Shown here: positions 23,929 to 35,425 of the stretch, in pieces
Layout of the letters: each line of letters starts with the position of its first letter
How positions within the stretch are numbered: the stretch's first letter is position 1
Assembly (NCBI GenBank): GCA_004431415.1
Contig: QPMI01000433.1
Span: 1-51,122 of the forward strand
Length of the DNA: 51,122 nucleotides
From: Cyanophora paradoxa CCMP329
Taxonomy: Eukaryota > Plantae > Glaucophyta
Direction: 5' to 3'
Position numbers and translations under genes: made by a program
The notes under the pieces: model-generated
What the model was told of the DNA's origin: nothing
The model's database searches: none
What the model saw: the letters and a program-made list of their open reading frames with translations, nothing else

Positions 23929-26900
23929 ATGGACGCTATCCAGAAAGTCGTGCGCGCTATACAGACCCGGTGCAAGGCGGAGAATGTGACGCCTCAGAGA
24001 CCCTGTGCGCCTTCATGGCGCGGGCGATTGTCCTGGAGCACTCGGACCGCTTCCACCTCGACCGCCCGCTCAGCGAGGACGACATGAGCGAGTTGGTTGT
24101 GGTGCGCAGCGCTTAGCTAGGCACGGCCTGGACCGGCGGGGCCGCCTGATCGACCGCCCCGCAGATGTGTGTCAACCGGCTGAAGGACGTGGACAGCCCT
24201 CGCTCGCCTCGGTGAAGCTGCAGTGGAGTTTGATGCGCAGTACTCCGCCGAGCTGGGCGCGTGGAGCGCGAGAAGACGATGCGCGAGAAGAAGATCAACG
24301 CCATGCTCTCCGACATCGCCAGCATCAAGGCCAAGAACGACAACGACTTTGACGTGCGGCCGCGCCCCGCAGCGCCATCCCGCGTTGTCTGCTTGCGCGC
24401 TGACCGCCGGGGCGCACCAGCGCTGACCTCCATCTACCGAAAGGTCTTCGCGTACCTCGTGAGCATGTCGGGGACCGCCGCGAGGGCGGCACCGTCGACC
24501 GCGCGGTCGAGCTCGAGGTCAGTCCGGCGCCGTGGCCCTCTCTGCGGGACGCGGCGAGAGCGAGCGGGCGGGCGCGCGGGCGCAGGTCGCGGCGGCGCTG
24601 GAGAGCGTCTTCCCGAAGATCGGCCTGCGCGCCTTCGTCGCGATGCCGACGACGAGAAGAAGACGCAGCTGCGCGAGCTGGCGAGCATCGTGCTGGGCAT
24701 CCGCCTCTTCAACAAGGACATCGGAAGGGCGGGCGGGCCTGGAGGAGATCCCGGCCCTGGCCCAGGAGGAGGCGCGCGCCATGGAGGGCCGCGTCCGCGC
24801 CGACAAGGAGGAGCTCCGCGCCCAGGTCCTCCAGTACCTCGAGGTCGTCAACCACGGCGCCCTCCCCGAGAAGGCCCGCCCTCTTCGTCGTAACCCCCTC
24901 CCTTCTCCCCCCACTGACGCCCGCCCGCCCGTGCAGCGATGCGGCACCTGCGGACGGAGCTGATCAACAGGCGGCAGGTGGGCTCCTGCCTGGACACCGT
25001 CGAGCAGGACCTCTCGGGCATGCTCTCGCACGTGGACGAGTGCGTCGCCGGCTTCGACCGGGAGATGGCCGAGCTGAAGGCCTCGTCGGCTCCAAGACCT
25101 CGGTGCCGAAGGAGCAGGTCTACCCAAGTTCGACTCGCTGGCGCACCTCTGGCACTCCTCTCGGACGAGCGCCAGGCGGTCGCCTGCCTCGCCCGCGTCC
25201 TCGAGACCGTCGAGCGCTTCCGCGCGCTCCGGCGCACGGAGCTCACGCCCAAGGCCCTCGAGGCCGCCCGCGCCGCCCGCGCCGCGGACGCCGCCGCCGC
25301 GCGGCAGCTGAAGGACTTCGAGGCGGCCGAGGCGGCGGCCGCGGGCTTCCAGGCCCTGGCCGCGGGCCCCGCCCAGGACGCCCGCACTTTCGCCCGCGCA
25401 GCCGAGGAGCGGCCGCCTCCTCCTCGTCCCCCCGCCGCCGCCCCCGCCGCCCCCGAGCGGCCCCGAGCGCCCCGCGCCCGCGGCGGAGCCGTCGACCGCG
25501 TCGGCGGCGGTGCAGGCGGAGAGGAGCCGGCGGCGGCGGCGGCGGCGCCGGCGGGCGAGCCGACAGACGAGGCGGACGAGACGGGCGTCTCGTCCATCGT
25601 GCGCGAGGCCGGCGCCCAGGCGGCCGCCGAGGAGGCCGCCGAGCCGGCCCGGAGGAGGCCCCGCCGCAGAGGCCGCTGCGGAGGCCCGGCCGCCGCCGCC
25701 GCTGACGGCGAGGCGGCTGCCGCCCCGGAGGAGCCGGCTCCTGCGGAGGCGCCGCGGCGGAGGGCGAGGCGGCGGCGGCTCCCGCCGAGGGCGAGGCGGC
25801 GCGGCGGGTGAGCGCCGCTGAGCCGGCAGGCGAGCGCCGCGGGAGCCAGAAGGGGAGCCAGCGGGCAGCTTCAAGGCCGCCCCCGCGTCGACGAGGCGGC
25901 GCCGGCGCCGGCCGAGGCCGCCCGGCCGAGGCCGCTGCCGAGCGGCCGCCCTCAGCGCGGCGGCGGAGAGGCCGCCTCGGCCGCGGGGCGGCGCCCGCTG
26001 CGGGCGAGGGCGAGCGGGAGGACGGCCGGCGTCGGCGCGGCGGCGCGGCCGCGCGCCCGTCCTCGCGGCAGCGGCGCGGCCGGCTTCGGGCGAGGCGCGG
26101 CCTGCGTCGGGCGGGCGCGGCCGGCTTCGGGCGAGGCGCGCCTGCGTCGGGCGGGCGCGGCCTGCGTCGGGCGAGGCGCGGCCTGCGTCGGGCGAGGCGC
26201 CGGCGGAGGAGGCGGCGGCGGCGACCGCAGGGTCGGCGAGGAGCGCGGAGAAGGCGCCGAGCGCGGCCGGCTCGCGGCCGCCGAGCACGGGGCGGCCGCC
26301 AAGCCGGCGACGCCCACCGGCTCCAAGCCCGGGACCCCCACAGGCTCGGCCTCCGCCGCGGCGGCGCGGCCGCCCTCGGGGGCGCCCTCGGCAGCTGGGT
26401 CGGCGCGGGGTCGCGGCCGGGCTCGCGGGGCGTGGCGGAGGCTGCGGCGGCGGCGGCGGCGTCGGGCTCGCGGCCCGCGAGCGCCGTCGCCCTCGCGGCC
26501 GTCGAGGCCGCCAAGCCGCCATCCGCCCCGGCTCCGTCCGCTCTGAGCGCGCCGGCTCCGCGGCGGCGGCGGCCCCGCGGCGGCGCGCCCGCCCTCAGGG
26601 CGGCGAGCGCGGGCGGGCGCCCTCGGCGACCGGGTCGGCCTCGGGCGCGGCGGCGGCGCCGGGACGCGGGCGCGGCTGCGGCGGCAGCTGCGGCGGCCGC
26701 ACGAGAGGCGAGGAAGCCGGTGCGGATCGGGCGGGGGATCCCGAGTTCGCCCACGCGAGGCCGAGTTCAGGGTGCGCGCCCCGTTATTTCCCTTCCCTCG
26801 CCCCCGCTTTGGCGCCTCATATCCCCCCTTCCCCCGCAGGGCTTCTGCCCGGTGACGCTGGTGGAGCGGACGCGCTGCTGATCCCGGGGAACCCAACCTG

Positions 26901-27655
26901 GGGTACGTCAAGTTCGCGGACGCGTACTACGCCATCTCCGGCGAGGAGGCGATCTGGCGCTTCATGGCCACCCCGAGCGGTAGCCCTGCCCCCTTCTGAA
27001 ACTTAGCGCGCCGCTCACGCCGGCCGGGTACAGGTACGTGGAGGGGTGCTGCAGGCGGTGCGGCGGGCGCCGGAGCTGGTGCGGCTACTGCGGCTCCAGC
27101 AGCGGGTCGTGGGGGCGGCCTGGGGGCCGGCGGGCCGGCGGCGCGAACCTCGCCTTCGCGCTGCTCGGCTCGTTCTTCGCCGAGGGGCAGGAGGCGGCAA
27201 GGCCCCGCCAAGGCCGACGCCGACTGCCAGACCTCCACGCACCCCATCGAGAAGCACATCGACCCCAAGGTCGGCTCCCCGCGCTTCCCTGCCCGCCCGC
27301 TCTGAGGCGGGCCGGGGGCCGGGGCGCAGTACACGTGGAACGAGTGGGAGCTGCGGCGGCGGGCGCTGCAGCTGACGAACCTGCGCTACAAGAAGACGCA
27401 CTCGGCGCAGACGGTCTTCAGCCACTTCCGGCGCGACAACGAGACGCAGCACTACCCCCCAAGGACTCGGGCACGCAGACGCGCGTCGACGCCGGCACCA
27501 ACGGCCCCGCATGCACAACTACATCGCCGGCTCCGGTGCGGCCCCCGCCGCCTCCACTCCTTCAGTCTCTCGGGCCTGACCGACCGCCGCCTCGTGCGCT
27601 GCAGGGGCGACCCGGACTCGAAGATGCACGTCGTCACCTGACGCTGGAGCTGTAG
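23929..27655 (+). CDS. CFAP206: Cilia- and flagella-associated protein 206
   Basis: SETLCAFMARAIVL, QLRELASIVLGIRLFNKD, ELINRRQ, SVPKEQVYP, GFCPVTL, QTSTHPIEKHIDPK-YTWNEWELRRRALQLTNLR, SHFRRDNETQ; several frameshifts. Confidence 0.88.
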
Positions 27656-29354
27656 GCGCCCCGGCCCCCGCGGCGCCCGGCTGTTCAATCTGCCATTACG
27701 CGCGATTGCGATGGGGTGAGCCAGCGGCCTCGCGGTGCGGGCGCGCAAGGGGAAGCCAGGGCGGAAAGGGCGGCTGCTGGCCCTGTTGCAATAGCAACTC
27801 TGATAGCAACAAGGAGGATTGCACAGAAACATAAATAATATGAACGGAACAGGGACACTGCAGTTGCACTGCCCCTGTTGGAGGGAAGGACCTCTAAAGG
27901 TCAAGCAGGAAAGTTCACCCCTGTAGCTGGTCACGTTAGCTTTGAGCCGAGATAGTGTGGACTCTGATAACAGCTCGGTGCTTTTTTCAGAAGTGGGGGA
28001 GGACGAGATCTAGCTCAGCGGAGGACTAGAGCTTGAGAAGCGCCGCCGCCCGCCGCGCCTCCGCCGCGGCGCCCCGCCCTGCGAGCTGCGCCGGCGTCGC
28101 CCCCGCGGCAGAACGCGCCTCCGCCCTGCCCGTCGAGACGCGCCGCCGCCCGCCGTGCCTCCGCCCCGCCCGGATAGCCGCTCTGCCGCCCGAAGCGCCT
28201 CCCGTCCCGCCCGGCGAGCTGCGCCGCGCCCGCCGCGCTCCGCCCGCCCGGCGAGCCGCGCCGGCGCCGCGCCCGCCGCGCCTCCGCCTCGAGCGGCGAG
28301 CCGCGCCGCCGCCCGCTGCGCCTCCGCCCCGAGGAGCGGGAGGAGCCCGGCGGCCGCGCCGCCGCGCCGGCGTTGGCCGGCGTCGGCGCGGGCGGAGGCT
28401 AGCTATAGGCGCAGCGCTAGCGGCAGGCGCTTAGCGCGTACGCGGCGGAGGCCGAGGTCTTGGAGGTGATGTGATGCTTGCTTGTGGTTCGACCCGGTCG
28501 ATTGCATGCGGGTGCAAGACTGAGGGTGGCAAGCATGAGTCGTGCAATTGCAACCGGACCCTTCCCCGCGGCAGAGGAAGCGACGAGCACAGCCGTGCAG
28601 CATGCGCACCGATGGAACAGATGCGATGTTGATGCCCATGGCCAGCTGCGACGCTCGCTGCTGTGTCTCGCGGAAGTGATCATGAGAGGGCGCTCAGGCC
28701 TAGGCCTAGGACGGCGCGCGCGGCGGGCATGCGCAGCCGGAGTGGACGAGTTCGTACCTGGTGCGCCGGAATCGGTGGAGCGTGGAGCGTGGAAGCGCCG
28801 ACGGCGAGCGCACGAGCGAGCGCACGAGTGAGGCTCGAGCGGCCCGGCCCGGCGAGCGATCCGATCCATGCAGCAGAGCAGAACCTCGGCGCTCACTCGC
28901 CGTGGTCGTACGATGTCGACGGACGCCACGCGCGCGCGCGCGGAAGTCCAACAAGCCGATAGCCGGTGCTCAGCTAGTTGGCCAGCTAGCGAGCCTGTCG
29001 GCTAGCTTGCCGGCTTAAAGCACGGTACTGCAACACGATATCGCCTCCAACTCTCAGGAGCGATTTTTTTTTCAGCGTCCGTACAACAGGTACTTGAGGC
29101 GGCCTAGCGACCACCCTGTGCCCTCCGGTCTCGGCATGTATGACATGAATCGTTGGCGTATCAGGCGCATTCAGGCGCACTCGGTCCGGCAGATATACCA
29201 CCACTTGGTGAGGCGCTAGATTGCATTTTCCGAAAATGTGTTATTGCCCATTCCAGGTTGACCCGACGGGACCCGGATCTCCCAGTACACGTTTTCGGAC
29301 TCCTAGGGACATGCCTTGCTAGGATCCGGCGAGAAAACCCGGGTTTTGGGAGGA

Positions 29355-29416
29355 GGGGAAGGGAGTCCTTCCCCAATAACAAGTGGGGGAAGGGGAAGGG
29401 AGTCCTTCCCCAATAA
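29355..29416. repeat. Two tandem copies of a hairpin GGGGAAGG-gagt-CCTTCCCC-aataa
   Basis: Direct reading: 29355-29374 and 29392-29411. Confidence 0.8.
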
Positions 29417-29512
29417 TCACTAAGGCGATCTCGAATTGAAGACCTGCATGCGCAAGACTCTGAGACCGAAGCCGTGATGCGAACGTCGTCGCGTCGATCG
29501 CGTCAAACTTTC

Positions 29513-32239
29513 TCAAAACTTCGACGACGGTCGGATGTCGGGAATTGGATCAGTTGCTCCGAAGAAGAAGTCGATGAGGAGAAGGACGAAGCCGATCAGG
29601 AGGATCGAGTCTGCGGGGTAGCGTTGGCTCGGACCGGGTACGGGTTCGGGATTGCGGGGTACGCACGTGCGGGCTTGGGGCGGGGCGGCGACGCTCGAGG
29701 ACGTCGACGTCGTGCTCGCGCGGCGCGCCGGGTACCGGTGGCGGGGGCGTCGGGTGGGGTGGGGTCGTCGGCGGCGGGACGCGCCGCGCGGACGAGCGTC
29801 GCGGTGGCGGTGAAGGTCGAGCGGCGGGATCTCCGGACCATGCGCCCGACGAGCTCTGGTCCCGCAGGATGGCCGGCCGCCGGGGCGCGGCGCTCGTGGC
29901 GCTGCAGGCCGGCGGGAGGCGGCGGGGCGGCGCAGGAGCCCTCCGCGTTCGTGAACGTCAGCTTCATCGCGTACTGGAAGCGATCCTGGAACTGCCGGCG
30001 GGCGGGGCGCGCGCTCAGAAGACGCGGGCGCTCCGAACGCGGCGCCGGCGGACCTCGGCGCGCATGCAGACGGGAGGTGCTGCCCGCTGCGCTCGCGCTC
30101 GCCGGCGCGGTCGTCCGCCACGCACTTTACCAGCGCGCCCTCGAAGCTCTCCAGCATGCTGCGGGCGGCGCGCGCCGGACATCTCAAAGCGATCGGGGCA
30201 GAGAGAGAACGCTGCCTCGCTCACTCACCACGTGTAGTTGACGGCGGAGCCGACGCGGAGGTGAGCATGACCGACGAGCCGGGCCCCGCGGTGAAGTTGA
30301 GGGTCACGTTGTACTGGCTTGGCGCCGCCGTGCACTCCGCCGCCGGCGACGAGAGGTTCGCGGTCGTCGGGTCCGTCCACCGCTGTACCCCACCCCGGGC
30401 GCGACGTACGCCACCTGCGCGGGCGTGAGCGGTCGCCTCCGGGGCGGGGCGAGAGGGGCGGCGGCGGCGGACGTTGTTGCCCGCGGGCGTGACGGGCGTC
30501 GTCACCTCGACGCGCAGCATCGTGCCGAGGGCGTATCGTTGTCGATGGCCCGGATCGCTGCGGCGGCGCGTGAGCCCTCGTCCGAGCAGAAGGCCGCTCG
30601 AAGAAACGGCGAAGTGTCGCACTCAGCCAGTACTCGTTGCTGCCCGGGAGCATGGCGGGGACGGTGAAGTCGAACGTGCCGTTGCTCGGCGGCGCCTGCT
30701 GGTCCGGGTTGGCGTCGAGTCCGGGCGGCTCGCCGGGTCGTAGTCGAACCGCTTCCCCTCACTGATCGTGGCCTGCGCGCGGGCGTAAGAAGGGGGGCGG
30801 GCAGGCGAGGGGTACAGGTCGGGAGGCGCACGTCGACGGTGAGCTTGTCGATGATGGAGAGAATGCTGGAGCCGTTGGCGGCGCGGAGGCGCTGAAAGAA
30901 GCCGTGCAGGTCGTAGAACCCTGTGACTCGCTCCGCTCGGCTCGGCGCGGGGCGGGCCGGAGCCCGCGCGGGGCGGCGGGCGCACGGGCGGAGATGTTGG
31001 AGGTCAGGATCGGGTAGCCGATGGAGAAGGAAACGGAGCGCTGCTCGCCCGTCGCCCAGGACTCGGGCTGGTCGAAGGTCGTCGCGGTGCCCAGAACTGC
31101 CGCGGCCGCGGCGCGTGAGCGCGGCTCGGTCAGAGGCACGGCCGCGGGCGGCGGATCGGAGCCGGCCGCACCTCCTCCAGGAGGTGCTTGACGGAGGCGT
31201 TGGAGGAGGTGATGGCAGCTGGCCGTTCAGCACGGGCAGGAAAGTCTGGGCGAAGGTCGACGGCTCTGGACCCGCGCACGTGGCCGCAAAGATCATGTAG
31301 CCGTAGACCTGCGGGGAGGCTCATGATCAGACGCGGCGCGGGCCGGGGCGAGCGCGGGCGGCGCGCGGCGCGCCTGTCTCGGGATCACAAGGTCGAGTCC
31401 CGAAGTTCGCCGTAACAACGAGAGTCACGAAGCCCCTGCGAGGGCGGTAGAGATTAGAGCGTTCCACTGAGAGACGCAAGAAGAGAGGAAGGGACCACGC
31501 ACATGGATTCCGAGGTCATCGAGTCTGGGTCGGAATCCTGCGGGCGGAGCAGCGCGCGTTCAGCCCTCTCTGCACGATAGCAGGGCGGCGGAGGCGGAGG
31601 CACGCGAATCACCAGGTGTACGAGCAGGTGGACATCGTGGGGTACATAGACGGCACGAGCGCGAGGAGCACGAGAGCTGCGACAGCGTCACCGGAGGCAG
31701 CTGTAGGAGGCGGCGCCGCAGCGAGAGCGCACCCCCGAGACGATTGTCTTGATGTTCGCAGAGTGCACACCATCATCTTGCACCGTCGCCTGCGCAGGGA
31801 ACGCCTGATAAGAGAGGCGGGAGGCAGAGCGGACGAGCGCATGCGCACGGGCTGGAACCAGTGGTACGTGCCGACATCGAAGGAGATCCTGTCGCACCTG
31901 GTGCGGCCTGCCACGTGATGGTGCAGTTCTGGCCCACTGCGGGCGCGTGAGACGCGCTGGACGAGCGCGATCTGATGCATATGGTGGCGAGCGCTGGCGC
32001 AAGTACGAGCGCGTCGCACATACCGATGCAGACGAGTTCTGCTTGAAGTCGGTCGATGGGCTGACGATCTGCACTTGCGTTTTCTGCGCGCGCATTCGTC
32101 CGGCGTATTCGCCCGCGGGCCATGCACGTGGGCGCATGCGCACCGAAGCACGCTTGCGCGCTGGCTCTGGAAGCGAGCCAGCAAGCCAATAGGGCAAACA
32201 CAAGCACTTGCCGAGCTGCGCGAGCTGCGCAATCTCCAT
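29513..32239 (-). CDS. Putative multi-exon secreted or membrane protein
   Basis: Hydrophobic signal-like segment (LVFALLACWLASRASA), beta-rich exons (QYNVTLNFTAG, MKLTFTNAEG) and a hydrophobic C-terminal segment (SILLIGFVLLLIDFFFG); gene model uncertain. Confidence 0.35.
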
Positions 32240-32439
32240 CTGTGCCTAGCTACGGCGTGGGCGTGCGCGTGTACGTGCAAATCTTCTCGGGAAGCCGACG
32301 AGTGCTGCCGCCTAACCAGAACACTGCCTGCTCAGCCAGCCAGCTGGTTTGGGTTCGTCAGCTGGGGTACGCTATGTGGAATACCACGTACCCCGGTCGG
32401 CGACTTGAAGAGGTTGTCGTCCTAATACCCTGCGTTTTT

Positions 32440-32791
32440 CGAGGGTGGTGGTACCCCCCTGGGAGCGACCGGGGGCGGGTGGGGCGAGGCGTGCGGGGTA
32501 CGGGTGCGGGGAGGCACGGGACGGGGGGTGATTGTGACGGGACGCGCGGTATGCGTATATGTATACCCTGTGAATGGACATATACCGAATATATGCCTAT
32601 TGAGTTGCGATTGGCGGCTATTGAGCGGGGTGGGGTGCCCTGGACGGGGCGTGAAAAACGACGAATGGGGTTGCGCGGCGGCGGGGCTCGGGTTGGCGGC
32701 TCGGGTTGGCGTTTCGGGGTGGCGGTCGGGTTGGCGGTCGGGCGGGTCTGGGGTGGCGGTCGGGTTGGCGACGGGCCCGAAACCACCCCTG
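32440..32791. mobile_element. Possible hAT-like MITE relic(s)
   Basis: Minus-strand CAGGGG/CAGGGC termini near 32461, 32642 and 32791, with subterminal ggcggtcgggtt repeats at 32685-32770. Confidence 0.3.
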
Positions 32792-33368
32792 GGGGCGGGG
32801 GCGGGGGCGGTTCGGGGCGGCCTTAAAGGGGCGGGGCGAGCGGGGGCGAGCTCACTCTGGGCGGCGCGATGGCGGACATCGAGGGCGCTGAGCGCGAGAT
32901 TGCGACAACCTTCGAGGAGATGATGGAAGTCATCAAGCGCTCCGAGCAAGCTCAAGCGGAGGTGCGGGCCCTGGAGACGGAGGTGCGGGCCCTGAGACCG
33001 AGGTCAAGAAGAGGCGCTGCGCCTACGACGCAGCTCTGGAGCGCGGGACGCGTGCACGGAGGCTGGCGGCGCAACCGGAGGGCTGCTTTGCCTCTTTCAT
33101 GCAGACCGGGCGCATCAAGCGTTTCAAACTGAACGGAGTTTGCGTCACGCCCCGCCCATTGTTAACTTCTTCCGCCAATGAAATTAGCCCAGCGCAAACT
33201 TGAGCTCGAACTTGGCCTCGTACACAGTGGCGTACACACGCGGCCACAACGGTCACAGTAACGGTCAGCAGGCCGGCTTGCTAGTCAGCTTCCCTCGGCT
33301 AGGCCGGACTAGCTAGCTTCCCGCCATCGCGCACGCCCGAGCGCGAGCATTCCTGCACGCCGCCGTGC

Positions 33369-35386
33369 ATGAAGCAGTCAAAGCGAAAGGAACCCAGCCT
33401 CTGGGATGACGGCTTCGACGAGGCCCGACGTCGGCACCGCTGGCACGGCAAGCGACCCGACAGCAGCAGCTCGTGGGCCGGCAAGGGCAACATGAAGCGT
33501 GTCAACAAGATCACTCAGCAGGCGCGCAAGGCGAAGGAGCCCAAGCTCCCTGACCTCGACATCCTCAAGGGCGAGCACCCGCGGCAACGGTCCGCTGCCT
33601 GGACACCAGCGGCCGCGCCTACCACGTTCGCCTTGGCGACTTCGTCATCTGTTCAGTTAGCTCAGACACCCAGCTGTGTCCAGAACTCAGCGTCGTTCGC
33701 CCGAAGCCCTTCCATTTCCCGCGCCCAGGTGAAACGATTTTGGCGCGAGTCGAGGGCGAGTTCCCAACACAGACGAAGGCGAAGCGCGGCGACTTCAACT
33801 ACTCCGTCAACGGCGTCATCCTTCGGCGCTTCGTGCGCCCGGAGGACTCCGATGTGAAGGACTGCGGGCTCGGCAGCGTGATCATCAAGGCAGACGGGGA
33901 GCAGGCAGCCGTGGCCATCGCAAACCACCTCATCTACTACTCGAACGTGACGGTCCGCCCGCCGCGCCCGCGCCCCGTTCCAGCGTCCGATGCCGTGCGC
34001 GCAGGTTCACGCACCCGCGAAGGTGGTGGCCGCGGACGAGTACAAAGCCCTCAACCACGCCGATCCCCACATCTACGTCTGTAAGCAAATCATGACGTTC
34101 CCGGGCGACGGCTCCTTCCAGTTCGACGTCGCCCTCGCCTTCAACGCGAGGCTCAAGCGAGTGGCGAAGAAGAAGATGGCGTGCTTCCTCCGGCCGCTGT
34201 CGAGGCCGGAGGAGCGCGTGGAGGCGATTGGCTACCTTCAGGACGCCGCCGCGAACGCCCTCAAGCGCCGGAAGACCGGGACGCAGCTTGTCAACGTCAA
34301 GATCCCGGTGGCCGGGCCGGCAATGTTGGTCTGCGGCTCTTATGACTCGTTCGAAGTTCTTTTCCTATCCTCTAACGGTGCGCATCGCAGGAGAACATCG
34401 TGGCGCAGGTCGCGCACGTCGCCACGCCCATCGACCGAAGACGGGCCAGCCGATCCCGGTTGACAAGCTGCCGGCGGCGAATCGCTTCGTTATCGAGCTT
34501 CCGGACCGCGAGACCGCTGCTGGTGGAAGCCGCTTCCTTTTTCCCGCTCGCTGTTCTTTTTCCGACCTCTTTGCAGCTGTTCTCGGTCCCTCCGGCGTGG
34601 CGCAAGCGTCCAAGCGCGTCTGCAAGCGGGACGCGGACGGGAAGGCGATCCGGAAGCACAGCGAGATGCAGACCGTCACCGTCGAGAAGGCGTACGGCGG
34701 CTTAATCGTGCCGCGCCACACGGGCTCCCATGACGTCGTCCAGTTCGACGAGCGTGCGCCCGGCCCGCCCTCGCCGCGCCGCTCGCTTACGAAGCTCTGC
34801 TCCTTGGGCGCGGCAGGTCCCGTCGGATCGTGGCCACGAAGCGCTCGGCAGGAAAGGTGGGCACGTCACGCTCGAGCTTCCGAGCTACGAGTACGGCCCC
34901 GACGGCGAGCGCATCGCCAGCCTCGCGGGCCCCTCGCGGCTGTCCCGTGAAGCGCCCGCGCCGGTGCCGCGCCGGCGCCAACACCGTCGCCAAGGCGCCG
35001 CCTGTCCCCGAAGCAGCCCCTTCAGAACCTGCCGCCGCCGCCCTGCCGGCCCCCGCCGCCGCCGCCCTGCCGGCCCCCGCCGTCGCCGCCCCGCCGGCCC
35101 CCGCCGCCGCCGCCCTGCGGCCGCCGCCGCCGCCGCCCCGCCCGCCCCGCCCCGCCGGTCGCCGCCCTGTCGGCCCTGCTGCTGCTGCCCCACCGGCCGC
35201 TGCCGCCCTACCTGCCCCCGCCGCATCCGCCTCGGTCCCAAGTGCGCCCCCTCCCCTCGCCCCCGCTCGGCTACTTGCTCGCCTAATCCTGCAGCAGGAA
35301 GGATCGCGCGGCACAGCTCGCGGCCGCGGTGGCGGCGCGCAAGAGGGCAAAGTCGTGAAGCTGCTACTGAGAATCGCACTATCTAG
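33369..35386 (+). CDS. Unknown multi-exon protein, convergent partner of the RAG1-like gene
   Basis: Exon-like segments with strong GC3 bias (MKQSKRKEPSLWDD.., RGDFNYSVNGVILRRFVRP.., YVCKQIMTFPGDGSFQFDVALAF.., TVTVEKAYGGLIVP..) joined by short introns; Pro/Ala-rich tail. No domain recognised. Confidence 0.6.
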
Positions 35387-35425
35387 GTTACAAGGTGCGC
35401 TATGTCTGGTCCAAATCCATTTCGT

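Noticed and set aside
24519-26881. Very long ORFs (667, 503, 357, 319 aa) rich in Arg/Pro/Ala
   Set aside because: Shadow or out-of-frame readings of the GC-rich CFAP206 locus; stop codons are rare at this GC content.
17399-27655. Frameshifts in NAXE, CFAP206, LRR and p23 as pseudogenisation or programmed recoding
   Set aside because: Scattered single-base losses across unrelated conserved genes fit long-read consensus error better.
33369-35386. Calling the convergent partner RAG2
   Set aside because: No kelch-repeat or PHD signature visible; only the orientation matches.
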